DNA of 64,000 bases from Histomonas meleagridis 2922-C6/04-290x. Taxonomy: Eukaryota > Protista > Parabasalia. Under the pieces are notes generated by a model. The model made no database searches and was not told the origin of the DNA. It saw nothing but the letters and a program-made list of their open reading frames with translations. The stretch's first letter is position 1. Each line of letters starts with the position of its first letter. The position numbers and the translations under genes are program-made. Shown piece after piece: positions 33,501 to 42,781 of the stretch. The stretch spans positions 1 to 64,000 of the forward strand of contig JAANOX010000026.1 in the NCBI GenBank assembly GCA_020184695.1, in the 5' to 3' direction.

Positions 33501-36359
33501 AAGCAGTCATCGGAGTATCCAACAAATCTTAAGGAAATCGATGAGTATAAAGACATTTTCAATTTGGATCCAAATGAATTCATAATATCTGTTCCAGAAC
33601 AAATTGCGCATACTTCAAGTGAAGAAAAAGTATCAAATAAACACGATAAAGACATTGCAAATATGAATGAAGAAGAAGAATCAAATGAAAAATCATCAAA
33701 AATAAGTGAAATCATCAAAATATCAGATGAATTAATACTTACTTCAAATGAAGAAAAATCAGAAAATGAATTCAATAAAGAAATCTTTAGGATTGAGGAA
33801 GAAATAAATGAAACAAATCCAAAAATAAGTAAAATTATTAATAAATATGAAGAAGAATTAAAAGAAAATGAAAATGAATTAGAGAAAGAAATCATTGAAG
33901 ATGAAAATGAAGAAGAAATAAATGAAACAGTTCCAGAAATAATTAAAAATATTAATATAAATGAAGAAGAATCAAATGGGGTAGAAAATGAATTAGATGA
34001 AGAAGGAATTAATATTGAAGAAGAAGCAAATGAATTTCCTGAGCTAAAAGAATCAGAAAGTGAAAATGAATTTGATAACGAAATTATTTCATTTGAAGAA
34101 GAAACAAATAAATTGAACGAATTTCCTGAGCTAAATGAATCAGAAAGCGAAATTAAATCGAATGAATATGATAAGGAAATTATTTCATTTGAAGAAGAAA
34201 CAAATAAATTAAACGAATTTGCTGAACTAAATGAATCAGAAAGCGAAATTAAATCGAATGAATATGAAAAAGAAATTAATAAATTTGAAGAAGAATCATA
34301 TTCATCTACTTCCAAACATTCAAATAATGATCCTATAAATCAAATTAAAGAATTGACAAAACATATCGAAAGTGTTATATCAGATTTAGATGAACTTATT
34401 TCATCTGATAATAATTCATCTGAAGATTTATCAAATCCTAAAAATGAAATAAAAGAAGAAAACATAAAACCAAAACAAAATAATGAAAACGTTTCAATAA
34501 TTAACAATAAAACTCAAAGCGATACATCATCCACAGATCACATTATAACACCAAAGGAACTTCAGCACACAGACAGCAATGTAAATAAAGAAGCAAACAA
34601 TGAAAGTTTGGATGAATTGAATCAATTAAATGATAATAAACGTGAAAATGAAAATGAAGAAATGAAAACGAATTCAAATGATTTTAATTACAATGAAGAA
34701 AATGTTTTATCAAATTATAAAGAAAACGAATTTAATACATCGGATGATTTTAATTATAATGAAAACGAAATAATTCCAAACGATATCAAATCCGAAGAAA
34801 AAATTAAAGAAGATGAAAATGATAATAATGAAATAGAAAGTTTTAAAACATCTGCAATTAATGAATTAGTTATCAGTAATTTTGAAGAAGAAGAAGAAAT
34901 TAAAACAGATTTCGATGTTAAGGAATTTATTGGAAGTGATTTCGATGAAGAAGAATTAAATGAAATGAAATTTAATGAAGAAGAAGAAGAAATGAAAACT
35001 GATTTCGATGTCGGAATATCAATTGAAGATGAAAATGAAAATGAAAATCGTAAAAATGATGAAAAAAGTAATGAAGAATATGAAATTGATCATTTCGTAT
35101 TAGATAGCAAAAATAGATTTGATGACTTTGCACTTGATGAATTCTTAGCAAGTGAATCAGATGAGGAAAGTGTGAACAAGCGAAATATTGAAAAAACTGT
35201 TTATGATGAAAAACAAAAAGATAATTTGGCAATTAAAGAAAGTACAAAACTTAGTGATGACTTTGTAATTGATGAAATATCGAACGAATCAGATGAAGAA
35301 AATGTAAATGATTTAAAGAATGAAAAAATTGAAAGAACACCCGATAATGAAGAAGAAAACGGAAATAATGAAATTATAAAAGAAGAAAAAGATAATTTAA
35401 GTGCAAATGAACAAACAAAACTTAATGATGACTTTACAATTGATGATCTAGCAAGTGAATCAGAAGAAGAAAATGTAAATAATGAAAAACGTGTTTCAGA
35501 TGAAAGCGAAAAGAAAGCAATTAATAATGAAGCTAAATCTGATGAAGAAAGTAGAAACAATTTAAGTGCAAAAGAGCAAACGAAACTTAATGATGACTTT
35601 GCAATTGATGACTTCTTAGTGAGTGAATCAGAAGAAGAAAATGTAAATAATGAAAAACATGTTTCAGATAAAGGCGAAAAGAAAGTAATTAAAGAAGAAG
35701 CGAATGATAACTTAGGCACAAGAGAACAAACGAAACAAAGCGACGACTTCTTAGTGAGTGAATCAGAAGAAGAAAATAACGAAGAAGATGAAACTGATTA
35801 CAAATTGGAACAAGAAAATGAATTTAATGACAAAATAAAAATAAGTGATGAAAATAACGAAATAAAATCAAAATCAAATGGCGACGTACAAGAAGAAGTT
35901 ACTGAAGATAACAAACGTGACGCGATCGATGACTTCTTTGCGAGCGAAACAAACGAAAAAACGAATGAAAAAACAGAAAATGCAAAACAAAACCCAAAAT
36001 CTGAAGAATACAGCGATACCATTAAACTAAGTTCAAGTGACGAAGTAGCGCTCAATAATTTCCTTGCGAAAGAGTTTGATAAAATTAACAAAAACGATAA
36101 CGATAAGAAATCTGAAGAAATCAAAAATGAAAGTAAAGAAGAAAAAAGCGGTCAAAAAGATCATATCGAAAGTCTACGTGCGTTAGATGAAGAAGAATCC
36201 ACACTAAGCAGCGAAATGTTTGATTTAGAAGAAGATCTTTCATCAAGTTCAGGCGTAATATCAGATGAAGAAATAAGATCACTCATGGAAAGGTTCGGTA
36301 TAAAAGATTCCTCGTCAAGTCAGTTTCTTGAGGATAGCGAAACAGAAGGAAAAAATTGA
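30600..36359 (+). CDS. Giant low-complexity protein (basic N-terminus, acidic E/N/D/S-rich repetitive body)
   Basis: 5.8-kb uninterrupted ORF in strongly purine-skewed sequence; ATG at 30600; no globular domain recognised. Confidence 0.8.
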   Translation: MEEGTKDLLMRLKKIHKILQSQKTNSPKPVFDNTKKSKNQSIHKSPKIKHFKKIDQHKHVYTQTSTEKNRSKLKQEIMPIPIKGKKSFHKQKTTPSNSQTKSQIQTFEHSSSSSTSDDFIYNIISKSRKPSTSSHKDNPIKPKIHTKQVLSGGLSEIFSSDSDFDSDLNIYLNDISTVKAPSNIHMKSPFLLSDSTDSDDLLERMKLFSSDSDSDFDEFLRNRISKIPFNRSNYRSFDSSFDDEFFKYSFGNPKQNYKIDNSFSSSSSEIDTELKLLLEKTSKSLEKENIPKFDSNKVKTTKQKTDKRNSLTDEHMIQKEQKAKNKLSPNKTNEKINKKQNNRKCKSPEHKSINLINKASEIKQKEKPKENLYKTSELKKINTTKTSPNKANNKKQTKEQINSSNNKSQTNNNKNYPKEFLNEQIPEQQKSISPNKSKQNNKQRNSNKEKDKQIDKRTSKEDNSLNNKQNHLEISSDEFNPSKLRKITHKILSSDSSVSVQNVPIKAKQKVKLQISAPIEIYSKPMIIKHNKEKQFTHEKENKIINNSNTNEKYLFLPEMFKVNQNSDKIINIENSNETFLNEKEDKINSDNSFSNFSNKINDIESDNDGKYNKIFEMHEAVKQNGFYHEKFIDLENDKLISSNSQKVIEIPDIYNEIEIFNSNEEEINTNPMKTKENINSDKEIYSELFNSEEEINELNINPMKTKENIYSDKEINSELFNSEEEINELNTNPMKTKENIHSDKEINSELFNSEEEINEININPMKTNENIKKETKNIFSDIKNNESNDGKLNKSNKIPININKTFKEIDELFLDSNEFDEPENILSDVEFDKEINHFDKELNKSNKIPININKTKAENNLSLNEFNENIFSDIKNNESNDGKLNKSNKIPININKTFKEIDELFLDSNEFDEPENILSDVELDKEINHFDKELNKSNKIKEIENEISLNESENILNDIETDVNNMKQSSEYPTNLKEIDEYKDIFNLDPNEFIISVPEQIAHTSSEEKVSNKHDKDIANMNEEEESNEKSSKISEIIKISDELILTSNEEKSENEFNKEIFRIEEEINETNPKISKIINKYEEELKENENELEKEIIEDENEEEINETVPEIIKNININEEESNGVENELDEEGINIEEEANEFPELKESESENEFDNEIISFEEETNKLNEFPELNESESEIKSNEYDKEIISFEEETNKLNEFAELNESESEIKSNEYEKEINKFEEESYSSTSKHSNNDPINQIKELTKHIESVISDLDELISSDNNSSEDLSNPKNEIKEENIKPKQNNENVSIINNKTQSDTSSTDHIITPKELQHTDSNVNKEANNESLDELNQLNDNKRENENEEMKTNSNDFNYNEENVLSNYKENEFNTSDDFNYNENEIIPNDIKSEEKIKEDENDNNEIESFKTSAINELVISNFEEEEEIKTDFDVKEFIGSDFDEEELNEMKFNEEEEEMKTDFDVGISIEDENENENRKNDEKSNEEYEIDHFVLDSKNRFDDFALDEFLASESDEESVNKRNIEKTVYDEKQKDNLAIKESTKLSDDFVIDEISNESDEENVNDLKNEKIERTPDNEEENGNNEIIKEEKDNLSANEQTKLNDDFTIDDLASESEEENVNNEKRVSDESEKKAINNEAKSDEESRNNLSAKEQTKLNDDFAIDDFLVSESEEENVNNEKHVSDKGEKKVIKEEANDNLGTREQTKQSDDFLVSESEEENNEEDETDYKLEQENEFNDKIKISDENNEIKSKSNGDVQEEVTEDNKRDAIDDFFASETNEKTNEKTENAKQNPKSEEYSDTIKLSSSDEVALNNFLAKEFDKINKNDNDKKSEEIKNESKEEKSGQKDHIESLRALDEEESTLSSEMFDLEEDLSSSSGVISDEEIRSLMERFGIKDSSSSQFLEDSETEGKN
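32590..33425 (+). repeat. Coding tandem repeats within the giant acidic protein
   Basis: Three ~31-aa units (NPMKTKENIxSDKEIxSELFNSEEEINE), then a duplicated ~72-aa block (NIFSDIKNNESNDGKLNK...KELNKSNKI) at ~32931 and ~33207. Confidence 0.88.
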
Positions 36360-36478
36360 AAAATTGTTTATAAACGTTATTTGAGATTAATTTAATTTCA
36401 CTTTTTGATGAACGATACAAAGTGCAAGCACTGAAAAAGTGGAATTACCGGCAAAACGTTTCGAACTGTGAAATAAAA

Positions 36479-37684
36479 ATGAAGGTTAACCCAAACATTC
36501 CAAAGTATAGGGACCTTCTTGACACATACACAAATGCCTGTGAATCAGATGTTATGGAATATGCAGAAAAAGAGAAAAAGCTAATTCTTCCAATTCCTGA
36601 ACAAGATTTAATCCAAAACCTTTTTCAAGATGTTAAAACTCGTTTTATGTCCGAACCAACAGTAATTGAAATCAAGTCACCGTGTATTATTATTGGAGAC
36701 ATTCATGGACACTTACTTGATCTTCTTCGAATTATCAAACATTTCGGATTACCAGGACCAACAAAGTATGTCTTCCTTGGCGATCTTGTTGACCGAGGCG
36801 AGTTTTCAATAGAAACTCTCATTATTGTTTTTTTATTGAAAATCCTTTATCCAACCCGTGTTTTCATTATACGTGGCAACCACGAATTTGCCACTCTCTG
36901 TAGTCAATGTGGTTTTCTTAATCAAATGTTTTCCTTCTTTGGTGATATGTTATTATATTATCTTTCAATTCAAGCCTTCGAATATATTCCGCTTGCTGCT
37001 CTTATTGATAAACAGCTTCTCTGTGTCCATGGTGGTCTAGATCCCAATCTTGTTAGTGTTGATCAAATCAAATCCATCAATCGTCCGATTACTGATTTCA
37101 CAGGTGATTTTATTGATTCACTTGTCTGGAGTGATCCGTCTGACAACACAGAAGATTATGAAGCTTCAAGTCGTGGCTCGGGATACACATTTGGTGAGCG
37201 CGCACTTAAGTCATTTCTTGCATCCAGTAAAGTCACAATGGTTATTCGTGGCCACGAGTGCGTTTCTGGCGGCTGCAAGTTCCATTTTGGCAGGAAACTT
37301 GTAACCGTTTTTAGTGCATCGAATTACTGCGGAATGGTCGGCAACGAAGCCGGCGTTTTAGTTATACGTAGTCCGAGCGACTTTGAAGCACAAACATTTC
37401 CACCATTAAAATGGTTACTGAGAACAGATGTAACATTTACACAACAAAAACAAAATAATAATAATAATAATAACGTGAAAAAACAAATCGCAAAAAATAA
37501 AAAATCAACAACAAGTACACGAACATTAACTATGGCAAAGGAAACAAAACACTTGCCGAAGTTGGGAAATGGACAACCACCGGCGCAAAAGGAAAATAAT
37601 AAAAAATTGCAGAGAAATAGAACTGCAAAAATCGCAAGGCCAACGGGAATGATGTCGCCAAAATCGTTGTTCCAGTTTTCTTAG
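36479..37684 (+). CDS. PPP-family Ser/Thr protein phosphatase (PP1-like) with basic C-terminal tail
   Basis: GDIHG, GDLVDRG, RGNHE, HGG, WSDP, RGHE and FSASNYCG motifs; ATG at 36479. Confidence 0.95.
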   Translation: MKVNPNIPKYRDLLDTYTNACESDVMEYAEKEKKLILPIPEQDLIQNLFQDVKTRFMSEPTVIEIKSPCIIIGDIHGHLLDLLRIIKHFGLPGPTKYVFLGDLVDRGEFSIETLIIVFLLKILYPTRVFIIRGNHEFATLCSQCGFLNQMFSFFGDMLLYYLSIQAFEYIPLAALIDKQLLCVHGGLDPNLVSVDQIKSINRPITDFTGDFIDSLVWSDPSDNTEDYEASSRGSGYTFGERALKSFLASSKVTMVIRGHECVSGGCKFHFGRKLVTVFSASNYCGMVGNEAGVLVIRSPSDFEAQTFPPLKWLLRTDVTFTQQKQNNNNNNNVKKQIAKNKKSTTSTRTLTMAKETKHLPKLGNGQPPAQKENNKKLQRNRTAKIARPTGMMSPKSLFQFS

Positions 37685-38005
37685 GAATTGTTGTGTGAAT
37701 AAAAGTGATTGTTGTTTCGGAAGTTTGTTAAAAAAATTGTGTTTTATGAAAAATGATGTTACAATCATCGTGGATTTCCATGACCAAATGTTAAGAAATT
37801 TCTTATTTCCAAATATTGCATTCTTTGTAAATTTGGTTTGAAGTCCTAATTCGTAAAAATAAATGAATTTAAAAATAGATTATCATATGGTAATGAGCAT
37901 AAAATGATTTCACATAAAATATCAACTTTCTACAACATGAAAAGAAACATTTTATAACGTATTATTTACGTAAAAGTGACGTAAGTATAAAAGTGACATA
38001 AAAAA

Positions 38006-38608
38006 ATGCAACCACAAATTCCAAGAATCGTCATGATTGGCGATTCTTCCGTAGGAAAAACTTCACTTGTTGAACGCCTTTGTAAAAACAATTGGAAATC
38101 AGATACAATGCCGACAGTTTCTACTTCATTTTTTGTATTAAAAGGAGATCCAGACAAAGATCAAAGCCAAGATATTCAAATTTGGGACACAGCAGGTGCC
38201 GAGCGTTACCGCGCATTAAACAGTGTTTATTATCATAATGCTACAGGCGGAATATTAGTATTCGACTTGGTTTGTAGAGACTCATTCAACTCATTAAGTT
38301 CTTGGGTAGATGAGTTTTCAGGTTTAGCGCAACCTGGAGCTACAATTGTTGTAGTAGGTAATAAATTTGATTTGTATGAAGATCCATCGTCAGCTGAAGA
38401 TAGAGTTAAAATAGATGAAGCTGAAAAATGGTGTAAAGCAAAAGGACTAAAGTTCATTACAACTTCTGCTTTAAGTGGAAAAGGTATACAGGAGCTTCTT
38501 GACTATGTAATGTCGACAATTCCTTCCAAAGCCATTTCATATGTTCCTTCGTCAGTGCAGCTTTCAGGCGCTGATCAAGGAAATGATAAAGGAGGTTGTT
38601 GCAAATAA
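38006..38608 (+). CDS. Divergent Rab-family small GTPase
   Basis: GDSSVGKTS, WDTAGAE, GNKFD, TSA and a C-terminal CCK prenylation motif. Confidence 0.93.
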   Translation: MQPQIPRIVMIGDSSVGKTSLVERLCKNNWKSDTMPTVSTSFFVLKGDPDKDQSQDIQIWDTAGAERYRALNSVYYHNATGGILVFDLVCRDSFNSLSSWVDEFSGLAQPGATIVVVGNKFDLYEDPSSAEDRVKIDEAEKWCKAKGLKFITTSALSGKGIQELLDYVMSTIPSKAISYVPSSVQLSGADQGNDKGGCCK

Positions 38609-38827
38609 ATTTATTGTTTTTTATTTTATTGATATTTTGAGTTTTAGTGAATTTTAATAAATAAACTTTGTAACAAATTTTATATAATTGATAAGAGATA
38701 TCACTTTATTTCTTTTAATAATGTTTGATTCGTATTAAGGCTTTATCATTTTTGGTTGTGGTTCTTTTTATTTTTGTAATATTTTTATTTTTTGATAATT
38801 ATCAACTATTTATAATACAAGTAATGC

Positions 38828-38854
38828 CACTTTTTGAGCTTCGCTCAAAAAGTG
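38828..38854 (-). other. Perfect 12-bp hairpin with GC-GAA-GC core
   Basis: Minus strand reads CACTTTTTGAGC GAA GCTCAAAAAGTG, followed by GCATTACTTGT. Confidence 0.8.
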
Positions 38855-39323
38855 TCTCCGCCATCTCTATCTTCAAAATTATTATTAAGAAAATAAATTA
38901 ATTTAATTTTAATATTAATTAATAATGTAATTCACATGACAATTTGTATTAAATTCGAGAAAACAATAAAAGAAAATATCATATTTTATTAAAAAAAACA
39001 ATAATATATCAACTACAGATTACGCACAAAATCAAAAATAACGAAAACAAAATCATGGAAATGATTGAAATTAATATCTAAAAAATAACTTAGATCAATA
39101 TCCTATAAGCAGGAAGAAAAGGCTCGAATTTATAAATAATCAATTTTACTAATTTTTTTTCTCTCTTTAAATTCTGAATATAATATCACAATTTAAATTT
39201 AAATAGCTATTTTCATAATAAATGTATTTATTAATCTTAAAAAATATTGTTTATTAAAGAAGATATTTTGAGGTTCAATCACTTTTTATTTAAAACGGTT
39301 AAACCCATTTTATAATAAACATA

Positions 39324-39460
39324 GATCGTAACCTTAATATCAACTCCTTAATGTTCAAGAAGTAATTTAACTATTTCTAGATTACCATTATTAGATGCTT
39401 TCATAAGTGCTGTGTTGAATGTTTAGAATAATTTCCAAATATAATTCTGAAACATAACAT
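39324..39460 (-). other. Solo ankyrin module preceded by the conserved hairpin spacer
   Basis: Minus strand: GTTTCAGAAT-TAT-ATTTGGAAAT..., then TALMKASNNGNLEIVKLLLEH*GVDIKVT (39413-39324). Confidence 0.75.
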
Positions 39461-39509
39461 TAATTACCCACTTTCTATCGTGATCTGTGTTTTTAATAAG
39501 TCGAGTTTC

Positions 39510-41550
39510 TGTGAGAGATAATATAAATAATGTAAGAAGAAATGTTAATCCATATATAAAGATTAAAATCAAAGTTTAATACAATTATTTTGTTCTTAGA
39601 TCAAAAAAATTATTCATCATCAACTGGATAATCATTGTACATCTATATAATTGATATATCAATTGATTGATGTTTATGATAGGAAAGAAATTATTAAATT
39701 ATTATACCTAGAATAACCATTATTTATATTATCATAAAAAAATTGATTTGTAGGGAAATTATATAATTTTCAAAGAAACCAAATTTAACAAAGAAAAGAA
39801 AATCTTATTTAAAGGTGGGGCACACTAAATTGAATAAAAACTGATTATTCGATAAATTCATAAACGGTCTCCCAGGAAATTAATTTTTTCTCAAGAAATC
39901 TCGTGGAAGAATGTAATACTTACGATTAAAAATAAACAATATTTCTGCCTAATAATGTATTATTTATTTATTGAAAAATTAAGATTTTTGATAAAATATG
40001 ACAGATAATTAAATTTTATATTAAATTATTTTATATTAAAATAAAATAAAAAAAATGGTTATTTTACATTTTTATAAATTTCCCGAAGATATTGTCTCGA
40101 AAAAGAAGAAGAAAAGGAAGAAAATTAAGAAAAATGATGAACAAATCATCATGAAAGCAAAATTCAATTATGAAATTAATATGAGAAATTCCATTTATTA
40201 ATGTGATTCCATATTTTTTGAAATAAATTTAGAATCCAGAAAAATAAGAGAGAAAAAACAAAAAAACGCAAAATGCAATTAAAAAATACATTAAAAAAAT
40301 TGAATTCAAATCGATCAAATTGCATTCAATTAAAAAAATTTTAAAATGAGTAGAGAGGGATAAGTGATAAAACAAAATAAAATCAAATATAATTACAAAA
40401 TAAATTGAAATCAACCAATAGCGAGATATTGAAAATTCGAAGATAAAAATTTCAAATGCAATTTGCCAACACATTTCAATAAATATTAATATTATACTCT
40501 GTTTAAATAATTTATACAACACCGTAATTTATTTTATAAATAATGAATTGGATTTAATCTATATAATTACTAAATAAATATATTTCAAAACCGATTTTCT
40601 TATTTTAACTTTTATGCTTTTTTCGATGAATAATAATCGTATTTTTAGAATTTAAACAACATTATATAAATAAAGATAATTACAAAATATAAATCCAAGT
40701 ATAAAGCTAAGATAATCCATTAATTATAATTTTGTATTATGAAGAATTCGAATTTTTGGATTTGAAATGAATAGAACTTTATCTGTCAAATTTTATCAAA
40801 AATATTAATATTTCAATAAATAAATAGTACATCATATGGAAACAATATTTATTTTTAATCGTAAGTCTTGCATTCAACCACCGAGATTTCTTGGAAAAAA
40901 AAAATTTCAGGGAGACCGTTTATACTGGATCCTTATAAAAGAAGAATAATAAGATAAGAAAAAAATTAAGAGAAGAGAAAAAAAGAAATAAAATTGATAA
41001 AAAATGAATCAAATCATGATATGGAAGCTTGCTGGTTGATATGATATAGGGAAAAAATGGCCAGCGCGAAGGATAAGAAGGAAAAAGTGCGTAAGTAATT
41101 CATTTAATTCGAAAATGAAACTTTTTCTGATAATAAAGTTATCAATATTGAATGACGATACATGTAAAGAATAAATATCAGAAAAAATAACCGAAATTTT
41201 CTAGGAAAAACTGGGAGCCGCTCCGATAGATGAAATTGAATGATAATTTTTGAAGAGAAATTACGGTTAGAGTGTCAACCGCCTGTTTTGTTCTTATATA
41301 TTAAAATAATATATGATTTTTGTGAGAGATATAATAAATAATGTAGGAAGAAATGTTAAGACATAGAGACTGATTAAAAATAACATTTATAATTATTATT
41401 TTGTCATTAACTCAAAAGTAATTATTAGTCAATTAACAGAAAAATCATCTTGTGCATATATTTATAATGGGAGGTAAATCATTAAACTAAAATAATCATA
41501 ATGCTTTTGATTTATATTTTTATAATATTGAAGGGAAAGATAAAATTTAT
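39510..41550. repeat. Diverged ~230-260-bp direct repeat (39510-~39770 and 41321-~41550)
   Basis: Both copies start TGTGAGAGAT...AATAAATAATGTA(A/G)GAAGAAATGTTAA and stay alignable through the AT-rich downstream sequence. Confidence 0.65.
39861..40922. mobile_element. Non-autonomous DNA transposon/MITE-like element, ~1.06 kb, with ~80-bp imperfect TIRs
   Basis: TAAACGGTCTCCC..AAGAAATCTCG..CTTACGATTAAAAATAAA at 39861-39940, with the reverse complement at ~40845-40922. No intact ORF inside; TA-flanked; superfamily not determined. Confidence 0.7.
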
Positions 41551-41562
41551 AAGTTTTATATT

Positions 41563-42616
41563 ATGTTTGAAAATAATATTTGGAAATTATTTAAATTATT
41601 TCAAACAGCATTTATTGAAGCATCTAGAGATGGTCATACAGAAATAGTTAAATTACTTCTTGAACAAAAAGAAATTGATGTTAATGCTAAAGATAAAATC
41701 TATATGTTTTATTTTCAATTTCAAAGTAATATTTGGAAATTATTTAAAATATTTAATTCTGCACTTATTATTGCTTCTCAATATAATCGGATAAAAACAG
41801 TAAAATTACTTCTCAAACAAAAAGGAATTGATGTTAATGCTCAAAATATTTAAATGTTTTATATATAATTTGTTTTAACGATTTAATATTTCAAAATAAT
41901 ATTTGGAATTTTTTTAAATTATTTTGGACAGCACTTATTATTGCATGTGAAAATAGACATACAGAAACAATTAATTTACTTCTTGAACAAAAAGGAATTG
42001 ATGTCAACGTGATAAGTGTTTATTGTTTTATTTGTTATTTAGTTCAATATTTTGAAATTTCATAATTTTTTTTAGAAATTATTTGCAGCGCTGATGTGGA
42101 TATCTATGAGAGGTAATACAGAAATAGCTAAAATACTTCTTGAACGTGATGGCATTGATGTTAATGCTAAAAGTAATTATTTTTATTATTTTGGGATATT
42201 TCAAATCAATACATGGAAATTATTTAAATTATTGATACAGTACTTCTTCTGGCATCTGAATGTGGTCATGGAGAAATAGTTAAAATGCTTCTTAATCAAA
42301 AAAGATTTGATATTAATTACAAAAATGATGTTTATTTTTATAATTTAATATTTCAAAATATTATTTGGAAATTATCTAAAATATTTGATACAGCACTTAT
42401 ATTAGCATCTGAAAAAGGATATATAGAATTAGTTAAAATGCTTCTTAAACAAAAAGGTATAGATATTAATGCTAAAAATATTTATATGTTATATCTAAAA
42501 TCTATTCTAAAATCTTGATATTTCAAAATATTACTTGGTGATTACCTAAATTTTTTAAAACAGCACTTATAAAAGCAACTGAAAATGGACACAAAGAAAT
42601 AGTTGGTTTGCTTTAG
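41563..42616 (+). other. Array of ankyrin-repeat modules separated by non-coding hairpin spacers
   Basis: 90-nt modules start at 41605, 41758, 41928, 42085, 42237 and 42390, with a terminal half module at 42560. Spacers are 63, 80, 67, 62, 63 and 80 nt. Confidence 0.9.
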
Positions 42617-42781
42617 AAATAAGATATATGTATGCTCAAAATGAATAAAATCTTTATGTATAATTTTTATATATTCCATTTGACCACACAGCTTTTTATA
42701 TAAGTAAAATTGGTGAATTCTTTTCTAAACACAAAGGACAAAGTATACCATATTACATGATGTATTCATGTGAATTTATAT

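Noticed and set aside
31550-36124. Many minus-strand Ser/Phe/Leu-rich ORFs (e.g. 33386-34315, 35201-35719)
   Set aside because: Antisense shadows of the purine-rich low-complexity plus-strand gene.
40229-40522. 97-aa hydrophobic ORF inside the TIR element
   Set aside because: F/I/L-rich composition is what the antisense of A-rich noncoding DNA gives; no transposase motif.
41695-42559. Canonical GT-AG or U12 AT-AC introns explaining the ankyrin spacers
   Set aside because: I found no consistent GT...AG pair or branch-point motif, and the AT...AC boundaries I tried for the last spacer do not restore the frame.
41563-42616. CRISPR-like repeat-spacer array
   Set aside because: The conserved hairpin units vary in length and sequence, the intervening 90-nt segments are homologous ankyrin codons rather than unique spacers, there are no cas genes and the context is eukaryotic.
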